From: Dehalococcoidia bacterium
GTDB lineage: Bacteria > Chloroflexota > Dehalococcoidia > DSTF01 > JACRBR01
Assembly (NCBI GenBank): GCA_035583735.1
Contig: DATMAH010000070.1
Location: forward strand, 1 to 29,519
DNA length: 29,519 nucleotides
Reading direction: 5' to 3'
A model generated the notes under the pieces. It saw only the letters and a program-made list of their open reading frames with translations, made no database searches and was not told where the DNA came from. The position numbers and the translations under genes are program-made. Positions 9,112 to 16,196 of the stretch are shown piece after piece. The stretch's first letter is position 1. Every line of letters starts with the position of its first letter.

Positions 9112-9144
9112 AGGCTACGGCTGCCGCGTTAACGGACTGTTAAC
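9112..9144 (-). promoter_or_regulatory. Putative Pho box (two GTTAAC units, 11-bp period) plus -10 TAGCCT for pstS2
   Basis: GTTAAC at 9128-9133 and 9139-9144. On the minus strand the last TTAA is followed by 11 nt and then TAGCCT (9117-9112). Confidence 0.7.
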
Positions 9145-9165
9145 GGCGATGATTGAGGCATGAAT

Positions 9166-9189
9166 GGCCCGAAGCCGCGGCTTCGGGCC
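9166..9189 (-). terminator. Perfect 24-bp palindrome GGCCCGAAGCCG/CGGCTTCGGGCC between the pstS copies; putative terminator or stabilising hairpin
   Basis: Perfect inverted repeat about 20 nt downstream of the pstS1 stop. The U-tract is weak (ATTCAT on the minus strand). Confidence 0.65.
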
Positions 9190-9208
9190 GTTCGCCTCTC
9201 GCGTGTGC

Positions 9209-10252
9209 TCAGGGCAGGAAGGGTTCGATCTTCGCTTCCTGCTCGGCCTGCAGGCTGTCCGGCATCGGCACATAGCCGACGTCCTGCGCCAGTTCGTTCG
9301 CGTTGTCGATGTAGAACTTGATGAAGCCCAGCACCTCTGGTCGCTCCCGCAGGAAGGACTCGCGGGTGTAGATGAAGAGCGGCCGGCTGAGCGGCTGGTA
9401 CGAACCGTCGAGCGCCGTCTCGATGGAGGGCTCCACGCAGCCTTCGCCACCGTCAATGGCGACCGCCCGGAGCTGCTGCCCTGCCTCCTGGAAGTACGCG
9501 AACCCGAAGTACCCCAGCCCGTTCTCCTCGCCCTCGATGCCCTGCGCCAGCACGTTGTCGTCTTCGGATGTCGTGCCGTCGCCCGTGTGCGTCGCGGTCT
9601 CGTCCACCCCCTCGATCACCGCTTCCACGAAATAGTCGAAGGTGCCGGAGTCCGTCCCCGGGAAGAACAGCACGATCTCATCGTCCGGCCACGACGGGTC
9701 GAGGTCCGACCACCGCTGCGCCTGCCCGGTGAAGACCCGGTGCAACTGTTCGACCGTCATGCAGTCCGCGAAGTCGTTCGCCGGGTTCACCACAACGCTC
9801 AGCGCGTCGATCGCCACCTGCAGCTCGATGATGTCGTCGATGCCCGCGTCGGCGCACGCCTGCACCTCGTCCGGCTCGATCGGACGAGAGGCGTCGCTCA
9901 CCTGGATCTCGCCGCGGCAGAACCGCTCGAAGCCGCCGCCCGTGCCGGAGAACGCGACGTTCACGCGCACCCCGCTCGCCTCGCTGCGGAACTCCTCGGC
10001 GACGGCCTCCGAAATCGGGAACACCGTCGACGAGCCGTCGATGCGGATCTCGCCACTCAACGATCCGTAGTCGATGCCGCCGCCGCCACCGCTCGTCGTG
10101 CTCTGGCTGGTGGGAGCGGCCGGCTCCGTGGGAGCCCCACCATCGTTGTCGTCGTCATCGCCGCATGCCGCGAACGCGACGGCGCTGAGCGCCGCGAGGC
10201 CGGCCATGGCCGACAGCACGGACCTCCTTCGTATACCGCGGGAACCGAACAC
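9209..10252 (-). CDS. pstS: Phosphate-binding lipoprotein PstS (copy 1, with long N-terminal linker)
   Basis: Same PstS motifs as copy 2; lipobox FAAC; D/P/T/G linker. Start GTG 10252 lies 9 nt after AAGGAG (track start is 10297). Confidence 0.95.
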   Translation of the reverse strand: MFGSRGIRRRSVLSAMAGLAALSAVAFAACGDDDDNDGGAPTEPAAPTSQSTTSGGGGGIDYGSLSGEIRIDGSSTVFPISEAVAEEFRSEASGVRVNVAFSGTGGGFERFCRGEIQVSDASRPIEPDEVQACADAGIDDIIELQVAIDALSVVVNPANDFADCMTVEQLHRVFTGQAQRWSDLDPSWPDDEIVLFFPGTDSGTFDYFVEAVIEGVDETATHTGDGTTSEDDNVLAQGIEGEENGLGYFGFAYFQEAGQQLRAVAIDGGEGCVEPSIETALDGSYQPLSRPLFIYTRESFLRERPEVLGFIKFYIDNANELAQDVGYVPMPDSLQAEQEAKIEPFLP

Positions 10253-10326
10253 TATGTCTTGCTCCTTCTCCACCGGGCCATACCCTGGGCCCGTCAACCC
10301 ACCAGGACAGCTCCTGATCGATCGGC

Positions 10327-10379
10327 ACCCTAGAGCGCGCCGATTAACGCGCGGTTAATCGCCATTAAGCGACGGTCAA
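10327..10379 (-). promoter_or_regulatory. Putative Pho box array (TTGA/TTAA/TTAA/TTAA) plus -10 TAGGGT for pstS1
   Basis: Plus-strand TTAA at 10344, 10355 and 10365 and TCAA at 10376 (spacings 11, 10, 11). On the minus strand the last TTAA is followed by 11 nt and then TAGGGT (10332-10327). Confidence 0.7.
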
Positions 10380-10405
10380 GCCCGGCCCGTACGAGATTCG
10401 CTCTG

Positions 10406-11146
10406 TTAACGGACAGCCTGCGTGTCGCGGGGCGCCATCTCGCGGCTGCGCGGCCAGCGCGATTCGATCCAGCAGATCACGGCCAGCGAGCAGAGCACCA
10501 GCAGCGCGCCCGCCAGCGCGTCGAGGACGTAGTGGTTCGCCGTGAGCACGATCGCGGCCAGCATGGCCGCGGGGAGCAGCACCGCCGCCGCGCGGATCGC
10601 GGCGCGCCTCGCCGTCTGCCACAGGGCGATGCCGACGAGGAGCGTCCAGCCGAAATGGAAGCTGGGCACCGCCGCGAACTCGTTCACGAGGCCGGTGTTG
10701 TGGACGGACCGGTACACGTCGGAGTTGAGGTGGACGGTGTCGACGAAGCCCAGCTCCGGGAACATGCGCGGCGGCGCCACCGGCAGCGAGGCAAAGACCG
10801 CCAGCCCCATCGCCCCCGAGAGCAGGAAGGCGTTTCGGTAGCGGCCATACGCGTGACGGTGTGCGAGGAACAGGTAGATGGCCGCGACCACGATGGCCGG
10901 CAAGTAGCCCCAGACGTAGATCCAGTTGAACAGCGTGACCAGCCAGTGATGGTCGATGATCAGCCGCTGCAGGTCAGGCTCCAGGAAGATGCCGAGCCGC
11001 CGCTCGATCGAGATGATGCGGGAGGCGTGCGCGAACGCGGCGGCTGGCTCTGAGACGACGAGGCGCCGCACGGCCTCGTACGCAAGATAGGCCGTGACCA
11101 TGATGGCGGCCTCGACGGCCAGCGGGATGACGATGCGTTGTCGCAC
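10406..11146 (-). CDS. PAP2-superfamily membrane protein (PAP2_3 / inositol-phosphorylceramide-synthase-like)
   Basis: PVAPPR, PSFHFGW and TANHYVLDALAG motifs; multiple TM helices; RBS GGAGGAG before GTG; 246 aa. Confidence 0.85.
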   Translation of the reverse strand: MRQRIVIPLAVEAAIMVTAYLAYEAVRRLVVSEPAAAFAHASRIISIERRLGIFLEPDLQRLIIDHHWLVTLFNWIYVWGYLPAIVVAAIYLFLAHRHAYGRYRNAFLLSGAMGLAVFASLPVAPPRMFPELGFVDTVHLNSDVYRSVHNTGLVNEFAAVPSFHFGWTLLVGIALWQTARRAAIRAAAVLLPAAMLAAIVLTANHYVLDALAGALLVLCSLAVICWIESRWPRSREMAPRDTQAVR

Positions 11147-11188
11147 GTGCCTCGCTCCTCCGGGCCGGCAGACACATTTGTTGCGGGA

Positions 11189-11197
11189 ACGCTACCA
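11189..11197 (-). promoter_or_regulatory. Putative extended -10 (TGgTAGCGT) for the PAP2 gene
   Basis: TGn-TAnnnT upstream of the RBS and GTG 11146. Confidence 0.4.
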
Positions 11198-11253
11198 GAT
11201 GAGAGCGGCGGCGAGCGTGGTTCCTGCGTACCATTCTCTGATTGGAGGTCACG

Positions 11254-12399
11254 ATGGTCCTGCGTGCGCTCTTCCCTCTCGCCCTCTGCGGGTTCGCCTT
11301 CGCGTCCGCCGCCTGCCCGCCGCCGAACGGGTACCGATTCCAGCAATCATTCTCGAACATAACGTTTAGCGGCATGGTGCAGGTCGAGCCCATCCCCGGC
11401 GACCCGGCACACGCCGTCGTGCTCACGCAGGGGGGCGTCATCCACCGCTCCAGCCTCGTCGATGCGTCTGAGCCGTCGAGCCTGTTCCTGGACCTGCGCG
11501 ACCGCCTGCACCCGTCGCCGGATGACGAAGAGGGCCTGCTGGGACTCGCGTTCGCGCCCGACTACGCGACGAGTGGGCGCTTCTACGTCCATTACACCGC
11601 CCCGGGCGATACGCCGAGTGTGCGCGGGCTGCCTGGGCGCATCGGCCGTATCTCGCGGTTCACCGCATCCGGCGCCAGCGCGGCTCCTTCCTCGGAGCAG
11701 GTGCTGCTGGAGGTGTACCAGCCGTACACGAACCACAACGGTGGCGCGCTCGCCTTTGGGCCCGATGGCATGCTCTATATCGCCCTCGGCGACGGCGGCT
11801 CGGCAGGCGACCCGCACAACTACGCGCAAGACCGCGGCAGCCTGCTCGGCAAGGTCCTCCGCGTCGATGTCTCCGGGCCGGGCGGGTACACGATCCCGCC
11901 GGACAACCCGTTCGCCCGGGGCGGTGGCCGCCCGGAGATCTACGCCTACGGCTTCCGCAACCCCTGGCGCTTGAGCTTCGATCGCGACACCGGCCAGCTC
12001 TGGGCGGCGGACGTGGGCCAGAGCGCGTGGGAGGAGGTCGACCGTGTCGTCGCCGGCGGCAACTACGGCTGGAGCCAGTTCGAGGGCGACGCCTGCTTCA
12101 AGCAGCCCTGCAACGCCCCGGGCGCCATCCCGCCCCGCATCACGTACAGCCACCAGTACGGATGCTCGATCAGCGGCGGCCACGTCTACCGCGGGGCGGC
12201 GATGCCCGAGCTGCGCGGCTGGTACGTCTACGGCGACTTCTGCAGTGGGCGTGTCTGGGCCGTGAATGCGGAAGGCTCCGGCCCGGCGATCCCGCTCGCC
12301 GACACGGGTACGGCGATCGTGTCGTTCATGCGGGACGGCGGCGGCGAGCTCTACGCTGTCACCTTCAACAACGCCGTGTACCGGCTCGTCCGCAAATAG
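11254..12399 (+). CDS. PQQ-dependent sugar dehydrogenase (GSDH beta-propeller), exported, probable lipoprotein, copy 1
   Basis: EEGLLGLAFAP, NHNGGALAFGPDGMLY, GDGG, AYGFRNPWRLSFD, DVGQ..WEEV and NYGW; GGAGG RBS before ATG 11254; signal peptide ending in AAC. Confidence 0.9.
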   Translation: MVLRALFPLALCGFAFASAACPPPNGYRFQQSFSNITFSGMVQVEPIPGDPAHAVVLTQGGVIHRSSLVDASEPSSLFLDLRDRLHPSPDDEEGLLGLAFAPDYATSGRFYVHYTAPGDTPSVRGLPGRIGRISRFTASGASAAPSSEQVLLEVYQPYTNHNGGALAFGPDGMLYIALGDGGSAGDPHNYAQDRGSLLGKVLRVDVSGPGGYTIPPDNPFARGGGRPEIYAYGFRNPWRLSFDRDTGQLWAADVGQSAWEEVDRVVAGGNYGWSQFEGDACFKQPCNAPGAIPPRITYSHQYGCSISGGHVYRGAAMPELRGWYVYGDFCSGRVWAVNAEGSGPAIPLADTGTAIVSFMRDGGGELYAVTFNNAVYRLVRK

Positions 12400-12437
12400 G
12401 GCGGACGGCGGCAGGCGAACAAGCGACAGGAGGAGGA

Positions 12438-13688
12438 ATGGTCCGGTTCGGCGGCGCGACGCGGCGAGGACGCATCGCCGCCATCCTGCTGTGCGGGCTG
12501 CTTGCCGCCGCCGCGGCGTGCGGCGGAGGCGACGAGGCAACTCCGTCGCCATCGCCACAAGCGCCGGCGTCGGCCAGCCCGCCGGCGACGACGCCGACGG
12601 CCGCTGCCCCCACGCCAGCGTCCGAACCCGAGGTGCGCGCGGGCGCCTACACGCTGGTCGACGCCGTCCCGGCGGCCAACTTCACGCGCATGGTCGCGTA
12701 CGAGCTGATTCCAGGCGACGACCGCGCCGTCGTCCTCACGCAGGAGGGCGTGATCTATGCCGTGGGCGCCGGCGAGGACAGCGCGGAGACGTTCCTCGAC
12801 ATCCGTGACCGCATCAAGCGCGACCTCGACAATGAGGAGGGGCTGCTCGGCATCGCCTTCGCGCCGGACTTCCCCACGTCGCGCGCGTTCTACATCTACT
12901 ACAGCAAAGACAACCCCCGCCGCACGACGCTATCGCGCTTCCGCGCGCCGGGCGACACCGCCGACCCCGCATCCGAGCAGGTGCTGCTGGAGGTCGAGCA
13001 GCCGTATCCGAATCACAACGGCGGCGCGCTCGCCTTCGGTCCGGACGGCATGCTGTATGTCGGCCTGGGCGACGGCGGGTCGAGCGGCGACCCGCAGGGC
13101 AACGCGCAGAACACGCAGACGCTGCTCGGCAGCATCCTCCGCATCGACGTCTCCGGCGGCGCCGGCTACACGGTCCCGCCCGACAACCCGTTCGTCGGCG
13201 GCGGCGGACGGCCGGAGATCTTCGCCTTCGGCTTCCGCAACCCGTGGCGCTTCAGCTTTGACCCGCAGACGGGCGCGCTGTGGGCCGGCGACGTCGGCCA
13301 GGATGCCATCGAGGAGGTCGACCTCGTCGAGCGCGGCAAGAACTACGGCTGGAACGTCATGGAGGGCAGCTCCTGCTTCCGTGCCGCCACGTGTGACACC
13401 ACGGGCCTGACGCTCCCTCGCGCTGAGTACACGCACGACTTCGGCTGCTCCGTCACGGGCGGCCGCGTCTATCGCGGCAGCGCGCTGCCGGAACTCGTCG
13501 GCTGGTACGTGTACGCGGACTACTGCAGCGGAAACGTCTGGGCCTTCGACACGGCGGACCCGGCGTCCGGACCGGTGCTCATCGCCGAAACGGGCGTGCC
13601 GATCTCGTCGTTCGGCGTCGATGCGGACGGCGAGCTGCTGCTCGTGACGTTCGCGGACCGCATCGGGCGCCTCGGGCGAGCCGGCTAG
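12438..13688 (+). CDS. PQQ-dependent sugar dehydrogenase lipoprotein, copy 2
   Basis: Start MVRFGG (AGGAGG RBS, ATG 12438) inside ORF 12027..13688. Lipobox AAAC, P/A/T linker, and the same GSDH motifs as copy 1; 416 aa. Confidence 0.9.
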   Translation: MVRFGGATRRGRIAAILLCGLLAAAAACGGGDEATPSPSPQAPASASPPATTPTAAAPTPASEPEVRAGAYTLVDAVPAANFTRMVAYELIPGDDRAVVLTQEGVIYAVGAGEDSAETFLDIRDRIKRDLDNEEGLLGIAFAPDFPTSRAFYIYYSKDNPRRTTLSRFRAPGDTADPASEQVLLEVEQPYPNHNGGALAFGPDGMLYVGLGDGGSSGDPQGNAQNTQTLLGSILRIDVSGGAGYTVPPDNPFVGGGGRPEIFAFGFRNPWRFSFDPQTGALWAGDVGQDAIEEVDLVERGKNYGWNVMEGSSCFRAATCDTTGLTLPRAEYTHDFGCSVTGGRVYRGSALPELVGWYVYADYCSGNVWAFDTADPASGPVLIAETGVPISSFGVDADGELLLVTFADRIGRLGRAG

Positions 13689-13784
13689 TAGCCGTTGCAC
13701 CGCGCAGACGGCGGCGAGACTGCTGATCGCCGTGATGCGCCGCCCCACGGCTATCGCGCCGGCGAACCCGTCCGCCGCGATTAC

Positions 13785-14837
13785 CTACGTGGCGCGGGTT
13801 GCGATACCGAGGCGCGATGCGACGTCGAGAAAGTCAGGCCGTTCAGCAAAGATCTTCTCGAGGTCACGCTTCGCCTGCGCCTGCTTACCGAGAGCGTCAT
13901 AGGCAAGGGCGCGCTGATACCTCAGCTCGAGCAACAAGGACTTGTCCCTGCCCGCTGTCTTCTTGAGCGCAGACGTAAACACTGAGCATGCCGCTTCGAT
14001 GAGACCAAGTTTGGCCATCGCCTGTCCGCGCAGTAGTAGCCCCGCCAGTGCGAGATCCGAGTCGGGAACGAGATCGTTGGATGCTTCGATGACTCCCTCT
14101 GCATCGCCATCCTCGAAGAGCAGGTCGCATAGTGCGACTGTAAACGCGTTGTCAACGGACGCGTCGCTCGCCAGTTGCTGCAGCAGCCCGATAGCGTCGT
14201 CCAAACGACCGGCCGCCTGATAGATCTCCGCAAGCAAGAGGCAAGCGCCCAAACTTCCGAATGGGACCGTCGCTGTTACCCGCGGCGTAATCGCGACGTT
14301 TAGGGCTAGGTCCACCTGCCCGGGTGGCAGGAACTTCCTCATCAATGGATCTGGCAGCTCAGCGTCGCTCGCCACCACCTTCTCCAGATAGGTAGCTGCC
14401 GCAGCGTCGTCGCCGAGACGATGGGCGACGACTCCGGCAAAGAGGTCGTCACTCAGGTTGCGGGAATCCGCTTGGCTCGCGGCTTCGAACGCTCTGCGTG
14501 CCCTGGGTAGGTCGCCGCGAATGTACGCCTGAACGCCTTCGTAGAACCGCTTCTCGGAACTTGGTGCAAACATCCCTGGACGTGGCAGATCGGCAGCGGC
14601 ATCGCCGCGCGACGCCTCGCGAGTGTCCGTCTTCTTCTCTTTGGGCGAGCCGAGTTTCGATGTCGATACAGCGGACAGTCCTGTTCCGGGCACACCAATT
14701 GTTCTCGTTGTCCTACCAGAAGTATTCACCGAGTAGCGTATGCCTCGGCCACCGATAGACACGCCCATGCTCTTCTTGCTCACGTTTAACCGAACGCCCG
14801 GACCAAGCTTGATGCTTCGACGAAACCGAATCGCCAT
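13785..14837 (-). CDS. DUF4236 domain + TPR-like repeat protein
   Basis: Start MAIRFRRSIKLGPGVRLNVSKKSMGVSIGGRGIRYSVNTSGRTTRTIGVPGTGLS matches the DUF4236 pattern. The C-terminal part is helical and TPR-like (LLAEIYQAAGRLDDAIGLL, YQRALAYDALGKQAQAKRDLEKI). RBS AAAGGA before ATG 14837; 350 aa. About 53-63% GC in the five lines I counted. Confidence 0.85.
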   Translation of the reverse strand: MAIRFRRSIKLGPGVRLNVSKKSMGVSIGGRGIRYSVNTSGRTTRTIGVPGTGLSAVSTSKLGSPKEKKTDTREASRGDAAADLPRPGMFAPSSEKRFYEGVQAYIRGDLPRARRAFEAASQADSRNLSDDLFAGVVAHRLGDDAAAATYLEKVVASDAELPDPLMRKFLPPGQVDLALNVAITPRVTATVPFGSLGACLLLAEIYQAAGRLDDAIGLLQQLASDASVDNAFTVALCDLLFEDGDAEGVIEASNDLVPDSDLALAGLLLRGQAMAKLGLIEAACSVFTSALKKTAGRDKSLLLELRYQRALAYDALGKQAQAKRDLEKIFAERPDFLDVASRLGIATRAT

Positions 14838-14919
14838 TGTCGTTCCTTTCAGCCCGCCGCGGTGCCTTCTCCGCGTCGATGCCGGCGTCCTCGGGCTTCG
14901 CCGCGACCAGATCGCTCCC

Positions 14920-14959
14920 GGGCACGGGCGCATCCGGGGCGGATCGTACGCCTGTGCCC
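14920..14959 (-). terminator. GC-rich hairpin downstream of the DUF3159 gene (possible terminator)
   Basis: GGGCACGGGCG (14920-14930) is complementary to CGCCTGTGCCC (14949-14959) with one imperfect pair. No U-tract. Confidence 0.4.
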
Positions 14960-14968
14960 GCGTTACGG

Positions 14969-15658
14969 CTACCGGCTCGCCGGGCGCCACTCCGGTGGCG
15001 GCGGTGCGTCCGCGGGCCAGATGCGGACCGCGACGCGCGTCACCTCGCGGTAGGCGTACAGGAAGTACAGGACGTGTGGCAGGAAGCCCAGCGCCCGGCT
15101 GACGATCACATACTGGTTCTCGCTGAGCGCGTCGAGGAGGAAGATCCGCACCGCGCCCGAAACGGCGCTCAGCGCGACGTTGATCAGCGTCAGCTTCACG
15201 AACACCGCATGGTCGATCGCCAGCACCGGCTGTATCGCCGGCACCATCTCGCGCGCGATCGCGCCGATCATCGGCCGCCGGATGAGCACGGAGGCCAGGA
15301 ACACTGCCGCGATGACGAAATCGCCGATGAGGTTCTGGGCGACGAACGCCTTGCCGCTATCGAGGATCAGCCCGGCGGCCGCGGACGCCGCGACGATGGA
15401 GAACGACAGCGCCGAGAGCGCGCGGATGACGCCGCTGCCCGGGTTGCGCACAAATACCAGCAGAGAGGCGGCGAATGACCCCGCGATGGCGACCTCGGTC
15501 GTCGTCTGCCAGTTGAGCACCAGGAAGACCAGCGCCGGCAGCCCGCCGACCCAGACGCGGAAGTCGGGCCGCAGGTAGCCGCGCCGGAGGCGGTCCTCCC
15601 CCTCGGCGTCCAGTGGCGGCACGTCCGTGGCCGCTCCGTGGCCGCGCGCTTCGTCCAT
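14969..15658 (-). CDS. DUF3159-like integral membrane protein
   Basis: GGLPALVFLV..., AFVAQNL..., ASVLIRRPMIG pattern; multiple TM segments; 229 aa. Confidence 0.72.
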   Translation of the reverse strand: MDEARGHGAATDVPPLDAEGEDRLRRGYLRPDFRVWVGGLPALVFLVLNWQTTTEVAIAGSFAASLLVFVRNPGSGVIRALSALSFSIVAASAAAGLILDSGKAFVAQNLIGDFVIAAVFLASVLIRRPMIGAIAREMVPAIQPVLAIDHAVFVKLTLINVALSAVSGAVRIFLLDALSENQYVIVSRALGFLPHVLYFLYAYREVTRVAVRIWPADAPPPPEWRPASR

Positions 15659-15728
15659 GGCCGAGTCAGCCTACCGCTTGACAAGAACGTTGCATCCGAG
15701 GAGCCAGGCGATCTAACCTCGCGGCACT

Positions 15729-16196
15729 GTGATCACCGAGCCAGACATCGACGAGTTCGAGAACAGCCTGTTTGGCGGCCCTCGCCCCGCCAGGATCATC
15801 GCGTCGGCGCCTCCGGTCGGCCCCCCGACGCCGGGCACGGCTCGCGTAGAGGTGGTTTGCACGCTGCGAGAAACCAGGTCTCGCGCAACCGTGACGCGTA
15901 TGGTGGCGTCAAATGGCTGGATGTGGGAGCAGGTCGAGTACCGATGTGGCTGCCGCGGTCCATGGCAGGCAGTCAGGCAGTTTTTGACCCGCGAGAACTT
16001 CCATGTGTTCCTGGGAAAGGCGCGAGTTCGCGGCGACGAACGCGTTCAGTACACGGCCGCTCCTGCCTTCACGTGCGCGCTTCATCTCGTGGCGCAGGGC
16101 GTGGCGCGCTTCCGCGCCGAGCAGAAGCGTCGCCAGCCGTTCAGGCGACCAGCTGCGCGAACAGCACCGCCGCCACCACGAGCGCGTACGCGATGA
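15729..16196 (+). CDS. Hypothetical protein with Cys/His motif (C, CGC, CALH)
   Basis: 155-aa ORF filling an otherwise empty ~480-bp gap. The core looks globular, and a TTGCAT-18-TAACCT promoter-like sequence lies upstream. The last ~19 codons overlap the tauE 3' end. Confidence 0.6.
   Translation: MITEPDIDEFENSLFGGPRPARIIASAPPVGPPTPGTARVEVVCTLRETRSRATVTRMVASNGWMWEQVEYRCGCRGPWQAVRQFLTRENFHVFLGKARVRGDERVQYTAAPAFTCALHLVAQGVARFRAEQKRRQPFRRPAARTAPPPPRARTR

Noticed and set aside
12027-12437. Upstream extension of the second PQQ dehydrogenase ORF
   Set aside because: Overlaps copy 1 in another frame. A strong AGGAGG RBS and signal peptide mark ATG 12438.
10170-12480. Twin-arginine (Tat) signals in PstS1 (IRRRSVL) and PQQ copy 2 (TRRGRI)
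   Set aside because: They lack the RRxFLK consensus and may just be basic n-regions of Sec lipoproteins. A predictor is needed, so I do not claim them.
13689-14968. Prophage, IS or integrative element around the DUF4236 gene
   Set aside because: No integrase, transposase, att/tRNA site, terminal inverted repeats or target-site duplication detected by eye.
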